Source of the DNA: Balamuthia mandrillaris
Taxonomy: Eukaryota
Assembly: GCA_031835245.2 (NCBI GenBank)
Contig: JAVKOQ020000003.1
Location: 496,001-555,849, forward strand
Length of the DNA: 59,849 nt
Direction of reading: 5' to 3'
Each line of letters opens with the position of its first letter. The first letter of the stretch is position 1. Below, one piece after another: positions 48,194 to 59,849 of the stretch. The position numbers and the translations under genes are program-made. The notes beneath the pieces were generated by a model that saw nothing but the letters and a program-made list of their open reading frames with translations, searched no databases and was not told the DNA's origin.

Positions 48194-50027
48194 TAGACAG
48201 AGGGAGAGAAGTATAAAAGCAGGCAGAAGAGGGATACCAGGATGGAGAGCTCGTTCCGGAACGACATAAACTTGACCGTCGTTTGCAAGGTGAGGCTCAT
48301 TCTGGAAATACAAAGACCTCACCTTGTTTCGAGTAACCTGCAACAAAGAAGAGAAGAATGGGCGTTTAGAGAGAGGGTGGTGCTCCCTCTTCGGGTCTCA
48401 CAAGAAGGACAATAGAGTACGTTTTCAAAGTAGGGGCGAATGTCGTGATTGTTTGGCAAGAAAGAGAGCGCATCCTCAGGAGCGGTGCTCACCACCAAAG
48501 CGTCAAACGTGTAAGTATCCTGCGAGGTTGTTACCTCCACGGTTATGTCTTCCCCGTTCTTATTGCTGTTTGAAACAAAAAACAAAAAAAGCAACGCTCA
48601 TTCTTCAGCGAAGAAAAGAAGGCGGAGGAGGGAGGAGGAACAAAAGAAGGACATACGAGGAGATGGAAGTAACGGGCTCAGACAGGCGGACATCGATATC
48701 CTCTATATCTACCAAGGTTTGAAAGAAGGCTTTGAAGCCTTCCTTCAACAGATAAAGCTTTGGGCCTTCCAGGCCGGCAATGTCTTTCAACACGGGATCC
48801 AGCTGGGTCACTCGGTTAAACTCCTCTTCTGGTACTTGAGAGAGCAACGTCTTTGTGGATGGTGTCGTTGTGAGTCGTTCAGCATCGCGCGGAGCAAAAG
48901 AATGGAGAGAAGGAAGAAAGGAGAAAGGGCAAAGGATGAAGAAAAGTAAGTAAGCTTTACACGATAGAAAGGAACCAGGTGGAACTGGGAGGCTTTAAGC
49001 ACATAGGCGGCATCCGTTTGGAAGGCAGGACCGGCCAAGTACACGTCAAAGAAGGCGGCCGCTATCTCTCCGAAATACTCCACTTGCTGGACTTTGGCCC
49101 ACTGCTGGAATGTCTGACCTACTGCCGGGCTACTCCTTACTCCTGCCACTCCTGTTTGTTGGACCACGCTTCGTTTTAGCAAATGAAGGAAAAGAAGAAG
49201 AAGAACGAAGAAGTGGAAGAAGAAGTGGAAGAACGAAGAAGAAGAAGAAGAAGAAGAAGAAGAAGAAGAAGAAGAAGAAGAAGAAGAACAAGAAGAAGAA
49301 GAAGAAGAAGAAGAAGCAGAAGAAGAAGAAGAAGAAGAAGAAGAAGAACAAGAAGAAGAAGAAGAACAAGAAGAGGAGGAGAAAACAAGAACAAGAAGCT
49401 CGAGAAAGAGAAGCAACCTGGCTCATCAGTAAAGTAGCGCTTCAACTGGAGCCAACCTTCTAAGGCCTGCTGTACCGCCACCTCCACGTCGTAGTCGGAC
49501 TGAAAGGGAGGGATGTTGGTTTGCTCAGAGGGGGAGCCGTCGCCGGTGGCCCAGTTGAGGTCCGCATTGAACCCCACTTTTTCGATCTGGTATTCCTCCA
49601 GCAGGTCGAAGAAGGGCTCGTATGGTTTTCCGTTCAAGAACTGAGCTGGAAAGGACTGTGTCGCCCAATCATACTTTTGTCCTGTTTAACATCGATCGAT
49701 GAAAACCAAAACAACAACAGAAAAAACAAAGGAAAGAATCAGAGCACAAAGGAGGGAGGGAGAAAAAAAAAACAAACACAAACCGTTGATTTCTATGTCG
49801 TCCGCCAAACCGCCGACCTTGTTTTGTGCCTCAAGGACGGTGACCTCATAGCCGTTCAGCTTCAGGAGGCGCGCCGTGAACAGGCCGGCTGGACCGGCGC
49901 CTATCACGCCCACTCTGGCGCCCGCCTCGATCTCGCTCTCCAAACGGCTTGCGCCGACGACGGCGCTAAGGCCAAGCAAACAACAGCAACAAACAAGGCA
50001 GGCCAGAGGCAAGAAGCGCAACTCCAT
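47339..50027 (-). CDS. FAD-dependent oxidoreductase (amine oxidase-like) with signal peptide and C-terminal TM
   Basis: Hydrophobic signal peptide, VGVIGAGPAGL...VTVLEA..KVGG, FDALVV, LQG.GNVFFVGETFS and a C-terminal hydrophobic helix. The 3' end is approximate. Confidence 0.8.
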
Positions 50028-50292
50028 TCTTTCTTCTCTGTCTCCAGTAGGCTTGGCCATCATTACAGCATTCATTCATTCATTCATTCATTATATGTCT
50101 CCCCTCCAATAATTATCCATGAATTAATACAATAATTTATCCAACATAACAATAATTACACTCTCCTCGTGAAACGGATACGGAAAGTCTTTGTCTAGCG
50201 TTGCTATTATCAGCTAACGATGGCCACAGGAAACAAAACCCTTACCATTTCCAGAGGAGAGCAAACGCACTGATAAGAGTAGAGCAAGAGGG

Positions 50293-50560
50293 ATGGAAGG
50301 AAAGGAGGTGGGCAAGGCCAGCTTTTTGGGGCTTGGCGCGATGGGCTGGTGGATGTGCAAGCACCTGGTCGCTGCTGGCTACGAGGTGACGGCATGGAAC
50401 AGGACCGCCGGCAAGACGGAGGAGCTGCGACAAGCGGTGGCAGTCGATGACACCGGCGGCGGAGGTTCTTTGAGCGTGGCCTCCACCGCCAAAGAAGCCA
50501 TTTGCGCTTCTCCATGTATTTGGCTCTCCTTGTTTAACTTCTTCCTTCTGAACTCACTCT

Positions 50561-50596
<36 letters not shown>

Positions 50597-51621
50597 CGTC
50601 TCTACAGACGTGCTTATGATGCTGTTCGACGCCGAAGCCACTCGTCAAGTGCTCAACACACTGGACAGCGCTGACTATGAAGGGAGGACATTTGTGGTGC
50701 ACAGCACCATCTCTCCTGAAGACAGCCAACAGCTGCACGATCTCGTTCAGTCCAATGGGGGCATCTACATGGAGTGTCCTGTACTCGGCAACAACAAAGT
50801 GGCCAAAGCTGCCAAGTTGCAGGTGTGTTCCTGTTGAGAAAGGTTAGCCGTTTACGCCGTTAACTGATGAGAACGGTTTTTGTTGGAAGAAAAGGTGATG
50901 GCCGCTTGTGACCATGAAGAGAGCTTCCAGCAGTGTAAACCGCTGTTGGCACCGTTTGGTACGCCAAAGTATGTCGGCACAGTGCCGCAGGCTACCACCA
51001 TGAAGCTGGCCTTGAACAACGTGCTCTTGGCCAACCTCACTGGCTTTGCCACGTAAGCTCTCCAGTGCCTCTCCTTCTCTCCTTTCCCTCTCCTCTCCTC
51101 CTTTCTGCTGCTCTGTTCTCTCCTATCTTCTTTCTTCTTTCTCTTCTCTGCTTCTCTGTACCTTTTTTTTTTCTCTGGTTGCTTTTCCGGCAGTACTCCC
51201 TTTAACCAGATGATGTGCTATGCTTTAAAGGAGCTTTGGTCTGGTGGAACGGGCAGGCGTAAACAAAGACTTGTTTATGGAGGTATTAAACAACGGTCCA
51301 TTCTCTATAGGCTATCACAACGTTTGGCGATACAAGTTTGAAAACAGAGACTACTCTGACTTCACGTTTTCGGTGGAAGGTCACTTCAAATACTCTTTTT
51401 CTGTAACATATTTAACTGACATTATACAACACAAATATAACAAAGGAGGTCGCAAGGACAGCAGTTTAGTGCTAGAGCAAGTCAAAAAGTGGGGCTTGGA
51501 TCCCTCGTATGCGGAAGGCGCGTTAAAGTTCTTGGACAGGGCAGTCGAGGAGTATGGGCTTGGTCCTTGCGACTTAAGCTCTGTATACGACTGCGCCAAT
51601 CCTCGTTCTGCCCCAAAGTAA
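50293..51621 (+). CDS. Beta-hydroxyacid dehydrogenase (3-hydroxyisobutyrate/6PGD NAD-binding family)
   Basis: Motifs FLGLGAMG, VTAWNRT, VHSTISP, YMECPVLG and MKLALN. Confidence 0.9.
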
Positions 51622-51655
51622 CAATAAAAGAAGTGGAAGAAGAACTCGCATGTCG

Positions 51656-52621
51656 TCATCCAACCTGAACCCTTGATTGTGGAACTTTAGCGACTTGATG
51701 GTGCCCCTTTTTGTTGGCTTCTTTCCTCATACTCCTTCCTCTGGCGCTGCTGAGCGTGATGCTTCTCTTTCGATGATCTCCCAGCAAAGTTGTTGAAGCA
51801 GAAGGAGGGGTTGTGGTAGCTGGAATGGCTACTGAGGAAGATGAACTCAGTTCTCTGCGGCCTCTACCATCACAATCTCGTTGCTTTTGCGGCTGGTTCT
51901 TCTTCGTCTGCACTGTTGGTGACGACGTTTCGGTTCTGGCACTGCTGTGCATAGTACGTTTTGGTTCCTCCTCTTGTGGAGAAGACCTCTGCGGTTTGGA
52001 AGGGAGGAAGAAAGGAGGATCCGAACAAGAACGCTCTTCACGTCGGCGCCAGCTCCTGCTCGGCAAACTATTAGTTTTGGAGGCTGCAAGAGCAGCTTGC
52101 AGTCGCAGCTGAGCCGCGCTGTCAGCTAACCGTGGCGAGGCAGAAGGAGAGAGCTCCTCCTCCGAAGAAGAGTAGGACAAAGAGGAATTAGAGGAGGAGC
52201 TCCACGACAACGAATCGATGGAGAAGGCAAGATCTTCCTCTTCCTCATCTAATGGGGCAGCTATTTTATCCCTCGTCTCTTTGACCGCATTGAGAAGAGT
52301 CCAGGAGAGAGAGCGGGCCAGCTGCACCGCTTTGCTATCGCTCTCTGCTTGCGCTTGCGCTTTTTGCCGTTTCCTTTCATGGGCTTGCAGCTGCTTCCGT
52401 CTCTGTTTTCGGCTTTTCTTTTGTTGCTTCTTTTGCTTTTTGGTGAGACGGTCCTCCTCTCGGGGCCTTGGCGAAGAGGAAGGCGAGCCTGTGGAGCTTT
52501 TGGGGGCCGAAACGCTCCGTGGTCTTCGAAGCCAATGCCGAGGCGAAAGAGAACCGGTCTTATACCAGGGAGCTCCTTTCTCTCTGCTGATAGCAGAACA
52601 GGCAAGAGTTGGCTTTTGCAT
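51656..52621 (-). CDS. Hypothetical Ser/Arg/Lys-rich disordered protein
   Basis: 321-aa ORF with no recognisable domain. The 5' structure is unresolved, with a possible upstream exon at 52680-52970. Confidence 0.4.
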   Translation of the reverse strand: MQKPTLACSAISREKGAPWYKTGSLSPRHWLRRPRSVSAPKSSTGSPSSSPRPREEDRLTKKQKKQQKKSRKQRRKQLQAHERKRQKAQAQAESDSKAVQLARSLSWTLLNAVKETRDKIAAPLDEEEEDLAFSIDSLSWSSSSNSSLSYSSSEEELSPSASPRLADSAAQLRLQAALAASKTNSLPSRSWRRREERSCSDPPFFLPSKPQRSSPQEEEPKRTMHSSARTETSSPTVQTKKNQPQKQRDCDGRGRRELSSSSSVAIPATTTPPSASTTLLGDHRKRSITLSSARGRSMRKEANKKGHHQVAKVPQSRVQVG

Positions 52622-53167
52622 GGTTCTCTGCCCTCGCTATGAGCTCGTATTTGTTTTTTCGTTCACTTGCTTTCTCTCGTTATCCAAGTGTTTCAAGCGT
52701 CATGCCAACAACAGCAGAGCGGGACGAAAACGATACTCCTTGTTCTGGTAAGTTGAAGACCGGGGCTTGCAGGTTTTGAGAGCTCGTTAACCAAAGGTGG
52801 CCTTGCAGGGCCGCACGTTTGCTCAAATGAACAGCATGGATGCTATTTTTGTAAAGTTCAGCGCGCCTCTTCGCCCGTTTCTTCTTTTTTTGTGACCGCT
52901 TAAAATGGTGAAGCCCAACTCTTCCTTTCCTTGATCGGGTTGACCTCTCGTGAAGAAACGACTTGGTCACGCGCCATCCTTCGCTTTCTGAAGTTGGTCA
53001 GCATCAACCAGACACGCTAACAGAAACCTCGTTGTCCTCCGGTAAAACCACGAAACTGTGTGAGAGAGAAAGGAAGAAGAAGAAGAAGAAGAAGAGATGG
53101 AAGTTTTTAAAAGCGGAGAGAAGATACAGATATCATTTTTCCGGTTGGGTGAAAGCGGTTAAGAAGG

Positions 53168-55191
53168 TCAAAGCTCTTGATAACCGCCACCTTGTTTCTT
53201 TTTTCGGCGAGCAGGCACCAACAAAGGATCCTCTCTATCTTCTGTTTGTGCGCTGTTGCTACAGTCTGGACGTGCCTCCTCTTCTTGATGCCTCGTGACC
53301 ACCCCTTCCGCTCTAGGTGATGCCCCTTCTTCTTCCGCAACCGACACATAAGTGTAGGTCCATGCCACCAACAGGAAGAGCCCCAGAAAAACAATCATCA
53401 ACCCAGCGTAAAAGAAGAACTCCCATGCTTGGCTCTCAAAGATCTTAACTTCAGCGACACCTGCTACGATGGCATTGCCAATAGCTGTTGTCAACACTGT
53501 AAACAGAAAAGAATAAAGAATAAAAGAATTTTGTCAATAAGTCGGAAAGTCGTTTAAAGAACTAGGGGGAAAAACGTACGCCAGCCAGCCATTACCACGC
53601 TTTTCATAGTTTTAGGAGCTTGACTGTACGCAAACTCCAACCCAGTGATAGATACCAGGATCTCGCCGCAACATAGCAGAAAGTATTGTGGTAACTGATG
53701 GCGACGGAATGAACATTATATAAGTCGTAAGCAATAAATAAACAAGCAAGAAAAAGATTGGCAAATAGGCACTAAAGCTAGTAACCAACTAGAAGAAACG
53801 TACCTGCCAGGCAATAAAGACATCCATCTTTTTTTCAATCGCCAATTCCACAAGGCCTGATACAACGAAGGATAATGAGGCGAGAAACATTCCAATAGAC
53901 ATGCGGGCAAGGGGCTTGAGTTTTAGCTGTAGATGAAAAAGCCGAGTAAGAAGAAAAGTGAACAGAACAAACTCTCTCCTCTCGTGATAAAAGGCGTACG
54001 CCAATCTTTTCTAGCCCAGGATAAACGCCTTTGTTGAAAATGGGTATAAGGAGCTATCCAAGCGAAACGAATTTTTTTAAATGGTTAAATAAGAAATGTA
54101 CAAAAAAAACCAAGTGCAAGGCCAAAGCAAACATACCAAGATAAGAAGCGGGTTCAACGTTGGGACCTGGTCGGGTTGAATCTCAAAATCAAAGCCAAGG
54201 TATCGGTCCATTTGCTCGGCTTGAAAAATCCAACGGCTAGAATGTTGGTCATACAAGCTCCAAAAGATAGGCAGAGGCCTTACAGTTACAAACAGAGTGT
54301 CAGAACAGAAAATTGATCGAAAAAAGAGAGAAAGGGCCTTGCGTAACACTTACAAGAAAACTTTAAAGACTTGCAAGACATCACGCACATCCTGGATGGT
54401 TTGTTGAGGATATATAGGATAGGCGTAGTCCAGAAAACGTTTACGCCCGACAGCTTGCTCTTCATCTCCCATTACAGAATATCTTCGTCTAAATGACCGG
54501 TATTTTTCTGCAATAGCTCGCTGAAGTATACCTTGAATCAGCCATAAATGTCATAAAGACAACAGCGTGCAATAGAAGAAAGAAACGTACGCCCACCACT
54601 CCAAACGTAACATTGATAACGTTTGGTCCAGGAGGCACCTGGTCCAATAACACAATAAGAATGGGATGCGCTACCAAGAAGGAAAAAAAAGGGATGGGTA
54701 ATGTACGATGCGGTAGGTTGGTTTGCCGAGCCAGAAGATCACTGTGGCGAAGAGCAACAGGACAGCCGGTACTCCAAAAGCAATGCTGTAAGTGGTATAC
54801 TCACGCAGCAGGGGCGTAATAAGAGTGCTGGAAAGGCTGCCCATGTTGATGCAAAAGTAGAAAATGGAAAATACAGTTGTAAGAAGGGCCTCTTGTCCAG
54901 GTCCTGGAGGAAACTGGTCACCTACAAATGATGACACAGATGCTTTGATGCCTCCCGTCCCAATAGCCACCAATAGCAAACCCAGCGCTGCTCCCCACCA
55001 ATGTGGCGGATCTCCTGTTCATCATTCTATATGAGTAATGTAACAGACAGTGAGAAAACTAGGGGAGTATTACCTGTGGCTCCTGGTAGAGCTGTACATG
55101 CTAATGTAATACTTCCCAAACAATACACGAATGATATGTACAGGATCGTTCTAAACTTTCCTTTATGTCGAAAGAAGGAACGGGTGAAAAT

Positions 55192-55224
<33 letters not shown>

Positions 55225-55906
55225 AGAACAGAAATATGTTAGAAAAGAGCAGTGCAGAACGACGGTGATGAAGAGGAGAACAATTAAAAGGAGGAGCAGA
55301 AGAAAAAAGAAACAAGGGAGAGGATGCGCGTGAGAGAAAGAGTTGAGGCCCAACTCGTGTGAGCGAAGAGCATACCCAAAAAACTGTCAGCAATGTAGCC
55401 ACCGAGAACTGATGAACCATAGGCTCCAAAGATGAAGGTATGAATGACAGTGGTAGCCGTATCCTCGGACAGGTGGAGGAAGTTTTTGAGGTAGAGCGCC
55501 AAAATAGCCTTCAGCCCTGTTGAGATGACCACGAGTTTTTGCGGTCAGCGTTGCAAGAAGAAGGGGCTAGAGTGAAGAAGAGTGAGAGATGACTGCGATG
55601 GTAACTAACCGTAGAAAGAAAAGCTGAACCAAGCAAGGAAGCATTGCAAGAGGAAGAGAAAGAAAGATGTCCCGCATGGCAGATGAACAACAAGATGATC
55701 AGACACGCATCGAGGAGAGGTGCACGCAACGCAAAAGGGACTCACCGCTCACAAGCTTCATTGCCCATGATGTACTTGATGCTAGGTGGCCACTTGCCTG
55801 CATGTTTCTCTGGCAACAGCGTCCGGCCTTGTTCTTGTTCCTCTTGGTCGTCGTTCTCCTCCTCCTCTCCCACAACAACCCTGCTGTCCCTTCTTGTTTC
55901 TTCCAT
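53168..55906 (-). CDS. Proton-dependent oligopeptide transporter (POT/PTR2, SLC15-like)
   Basis: Motifs [64 protein letters not shown] and [10 protein letters not shown]. Confidence 0.95.
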
Positions 55907-55956
55907 TTGTTTTTTCTGCCTATTTTTTTTTTATTTGTTTACGCGTACACAAAGCA

Positions 55957-55998
<42 letters not shown>
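55957..55998. repeat. (GCTT)n microsatellite upstream of the POT gene
   Basis: Tandem tetranucleotide seen directly. Confidence 0.85.
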
Positions 55999-55999
<1 letters not shown>

Positions 56000-56145
56000 G
56001 CAAGGAAGGAAGTGATCGAAGGGCAGAGCAACGGCGAACACAACGTGGCTGAGGTTGGTTGGTGTGAGGATTGGTGCTCTGCTGCTCTTTTCTTTTCTTT
56101 TGCTGTCAAAGCCGTCTTTTTGGTTGGACCGGTGGTGGGGAATCG

Positions 56146-56228
56146 GGTAAACGTCCCACCCCACAACGCTAAAAGTCCCACCCCTTCGGTAAACGTCCCA
56201 CCCCTCAGGTAATTTACCCACCCTAATA
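56146..56228 (+). repeat. Left TIR built from four ~20-22 bp units (TAAANNTCCCACCCC)
   Basis: Gap-free alignment to the reverse complement of 59760-59842, ~60/83 identical by manual count. Confidence 0.8.
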
Positions 56229-56902
56229 TGTATTTATAACAACCTATTATTTTTGTGCTATTTTGCCACCAAAGCGTGCGCTGGCCATTTTTTTAGAGAG
56301 TGGAGAAAAGGGATCAGAAAAATCAAAAATTTATTTTTTAGGGGGCTTTTTTTTTTCGTTTTGTTCTTTTGGCCAGTCTTTTCTTTGTCACGCTGGGCAC
56401 CTTTTCTTCGTTCTGTTCTTTTTTTTGAGGAGAGAGGAGCTTCACGACCTGTGTGTTCTGGTACCGTGGGTTGGGCTTCAGTTGTCGTTTTGGAGAGAGA
56501 GGCTTCCTTTTGTCCACTCGGGGATCCTGGTAGTTCACCACGGGTGCGACGCCATAGATCTCTTCCGTTTTACAGTTCTTTTGCCATTGAGAGGTACGAT
56601 TTGCTTTGCACTCTTCAAAAATGACAAAAATCAACTTCAGAAAAAGAATCTGCTTGATACAAAAAGTGACAAACATACCACTTTGCGTTTTTGTTTTTTG
56701 ATTTTGTTGTTTTTTTGGTGCAGCCGCCGCCACCGCCGCTGCCTTTTTCTTTGTTGTTTCAGGTTTTGTTAAATTTGATTGAAAGGTACGTTCGGTTTCT
56801 GGTGTTTGTGTGAGGTGTTAGCTAAAAGTTGGAAAGGAGGGAGAGATTTTGTTTAAAAAAAAGAGATACTAACTTAATTCAAGCAAACAAATTCTTCTGT
56901 GG

Positions 56903-59428
56903 TCATGGGTTGGTTGCTACTTTGAGCCTCTTTGTTGTATTGCGCGGCCTCCCAGGTGATGACTTCCCTGTAGCATATGCGATTGCTTGTTCTGCTTCTT
57001 CCTTGCTAGAGTACTCGATTTTTTGCTCCACTGGATGTTGATGCTTTGTTCCTTGATTTTTGTTTGCATTCAGTTTGTCTTTCTCCTTTTCCTTCTCCTC
57101 CTCCTCCTCCTCCTCCTCCTCCTCCTTTTCCTCCTCCTCCTTGTTGTGTTGTTCTCCTTCAGAAGTTTCTTCCTCGAGATCTCTGCCATCATCCTCACCA
57201 AGTTCATCCATCGATGGCTCCTCCAACAGTAGCAGGGTCGGCCTTTCCTCTTCCTGTTCATGGCCCTCCTCTCCTTCCTCATCTTCATCATCAAGGGTAA
57301 CAGGCGCTACACGTTGCTCCAGCAAGTCAGCATCATCTGCTTCAACAATCTCGTCTTCAACCATTCTTGCCACTTTTGAGGTGCTGCTGTTGGTGCGTCT
57401 TGTTTGTCTTTTCAGTCCAAGCTCTAAAAGGTTCTGATCTGAAAATGTTTTCTGTAGATGAGCAGCAAGTCCAAAAACATGTTTGCACCTCCTACCATAA
57501 TACCGAAAGTAAGGACAGGTGCATGAAGGCGATTCTATACTCACATCGTACTCGTTCCATTTGAAAACGCCGTCAGCAAGCTCCACAAAATGTGCGTTCA
57601 ATCCTTCTCCTTCTGCCTCTTTTTCCTCTCTGTCATTGTTGTCATCATCGCTATTGCTGTCTTTCTCTGTTTCTGCTTTTTTTTTTTTTCTGTTTCTCAC
57701 TCTGTTGGTGCTGTGCCAGCCGCAATCCCTCTTGATATCTCCTCCACAGCCGGCGAACACCACGGCTTGGGCGTTGCTGTTGCACGTTGATGCGGTTGAG
57801 CTCTACATTGTAGCGCCGAAACACATTGTCTGCTAACGTTAAGACCAAGTTGTGGTCCCCTTTGGTGCCCTTGCAGTGGAAATCACGGAGAACACTCCGA
57901 AAGATAGTCTCTGTTGCATTGTTGGTATTCCACAAGCCCTCTCGGTGCCCCGGACGACCAATGCTTTTCCACGTTGATGCCCATGGAGGAGAAAGCCAGT
58001 TCTTGTCAAAGTACTTCCAGAAACGGGTAATCCTCTTTTTTTGGCAATAGTTCTGCAACACCTTGGTTGCTTCTTCCTCTGCTTCTTCTGTCATGGCGTG
58101 TTGCAGTCTTTTTAATAAACCCAACACACTTCCATCATCCTTCCCTTGTTGTTTGGTATTATTGTTAGTTTCTACTTGTATGAACAATGAGAGCAAGAGA
58201 GCAGATGCATGCATGAAAGAGAGAACAAACCATACTGTGCAACTTTTTTTCTCCACAGTTGTTGCGTATGAAAGTCGCACAACAACACCTGAAAGCCAGC
58301 GCTTGTCGCCCCGTTGCGCTCCACCTTGTCTTTGTCGATCATTACAAAGGGTTGCCACGTAGTGTTCGGGGAGTAGATCGTTGTGGTCTGTGTCTCAAAA
58401 AAGTGACGAACGGACGAAAGAAAAAAGCGCACAACTGCAGCTCGTTCCTTGCTAGCAACAGCGAAGGCAACAGGCCAGCTCCGTCCCAAGTCATCTTGCA
58501 CCACCAGTGCCCAAACAGGATGATGTGACTTGGATAGCTTGTAGATGCTGTCCAGGCCGACTACATCCTTACCCCATCGCTGAAGCACAGTGACTGCATA
58601 AGGCGCGATCAGAAAAATCATCCATGGCCGATGGGCTGCAGTGCGATCAAGGATGTACGTTTCACGGCTCTCCAAAGGTGGAAAAAGGATAGTGGAAGCC
58701 AGCTCGGGTCGATTCAAGGCCTCTTGGAGGGCTTCTGCTCTGGTTTGGCCTTTCTTGCCGATTCGCAGTTTTTTCCTTCCGTTGTGGATTACGGTGGCAA
58801 TCTCCTGCACAGTTGGTACATCACGAGCATCCTTGACCAGCTCGCAAGCGCCCCCCAGCAACAGTTGTTGCAGCTCATGCGCCGTCATTGCTCCTCCCCT
58901 CCCTTTCATCCCGTCTTCTTTTGCTCCTTGCCCATCCATCTGGCGGAGCCACTGTCGAAGCGCAGGCGTCATAGGCATTGCAGAAGGCGCACAAAACCCA
59001 GGTCCGTGGCTTTGGGCTTCCTTCTGGATGTAGATGTAGGCAGTGTTTAGCTCGTCTCTAAACACCACCCAACGGCTTTGCACTCCACAGTCCTTTATTT
59101 TTTTGTTTTTCTTTCTGCTTGGAGGAGCACAGGCAAAGCCGCCAGAGCAGTGAAGATTCTCGCTGAGTGCAACCTCAAGGACTCCATTCTTCGCCTTCTT
59201 GACTGTTGGTGCCACCTACACTTTCACTCCTTCAAGGGTGGTGCGAGGATTACTAAGCACCTTCACTCCTGTTCGCTTTGTAAGCCCACGAGTTGATCTC
59301 CATTGGACTCGATAGAAGGTCGGAGCATCCTCTCCTCCATTGTACAACCTTGAAAGCTGCTGCAATGGAACTGTTCTTTCAAAAATCCAACCGTAAATCT
59401 CTGCAAATCTTTTTTTCTTCTCTTCCAT
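56903..59428 (-). pseudogene. MULE DDE transposase with SWIM zinc finger; in-frame TAG and frameshift as assembled
   Basis: Motifs VGLDSIYKL (D1), VMIDKD (D2), LLCDFH (CxxH), TNNATE (E), SWIM CTCPYF....RCKHV and GRPR. TAG at 59216-59218 and a frame change in the 13-nt homopolymer at 57677-57689. Further 3' exons to ~56338 are possible. Confidence 0.8.
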
Positions 59429-59759
59429 AATGAAAAAAAAAAAAGGAAAAAACAAAAACAAAAGCCAAACAAACAAAATAGGTGTGTGATGGTCGTGTTG
59501 TGTCACTGTTTCTGGTTAAAAGAAAAAAGAAAGAGAAGACCTTGTCACAGCCCAAAAGTAGCATTAACGTTATTGAAAAAAAAAACAGAACAAAAAGAAA
59601 AAGTATGGCGGGCAAGAATGGTAGAGAGGAATAACCGTTGACCAAGGATACAGCATGCTTTCAATTCCTGACAGTTTCTTTTACGGTTATTCCTCTCGCC
59701 AAGCAAAGAGAAACACAGTAGAAATGTAACGATAGAGTTACTCATAATTCATGTCACCC

Positions 59760-59842
59760 TAATAGGTTGGGACTTTTACCTGAGGGGTGTAATTTTTATC
59801 GGTGGGGTGGGAAGTTTATGGGCGGGGGGTGGGATATCTACC
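59760..59842 (-). repeat. Right TIR
   Basis: Inverted copy of 56146-56228. Confidence 0.8.
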
Positions 59843-59849
59843 ATTTTTG

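Larger units (their letters stand above)
56146..59842 (-). mobile_element. Mutator-like DNA transposon (MULE) with imperfect tandem-repeat TIRs
   Basis: A transposase gene lies between colinear ~83-bp inverted repeats at 56146-56228 and 59760-59842. No TSD is visible, and the window ends 7 nt after the right repeat. Confidence 0.85.

Noticed and set aside
56146..56228. CRISPR-like or telomeric repeat array
   Set aside because: Spacers are only a few bases, there are no cas genes, and an inverted copy flanks a transposase, so these are TIRs.

Overview
Gene-dense, intron-rich eukaryotic DNA. Introns are short GT-AG types filled with CT/CTT microsatellites, and coding regions carry poly-Glu/Lys tracts. 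The style suggests an amoebozoan, Acanthamoeba/Balamuthia-like genome, but that is an inference. About 23 host protein-coding genes can be reconstructed: COQ8/ABC1 kinase, 2OG-Fe(II) oxygenase, ankyrin-CDKN3-like phosphatase, CH-LIM protein, METTL21-like methyltransferase, two tandem sulfotransferases, a P-loop kinase, TMEM184, a DNMT3-like DNA methyltransferase, synapsin-like protein, SDR, DUF924, MFSD1, a giant Clu-domain protein, PDXK, FAD oxidase, beta-HAD dehydrogenase, POT transporter and several hypotheticals. The window ends in a Mutator-like (MULE/SWIM) transposon with tandem-repeat TIRs. The most notable observation is a DNMT3-type methyltransferase that lacks PWWP/ADD domains and is spliced in frame to an HROB/MCM8IP (DUF4539)-like OB-fold (15117-19712). 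Also notable are a ~370-nt highly base-paired candidate ncRNA (45150-45526, minus strand), a convergent pair of diverged two-Cys helical paralogs, and clustered TGTCGACA palindromes in promoters. All homology calls are by eye from motifs and were not confirmed by database search.
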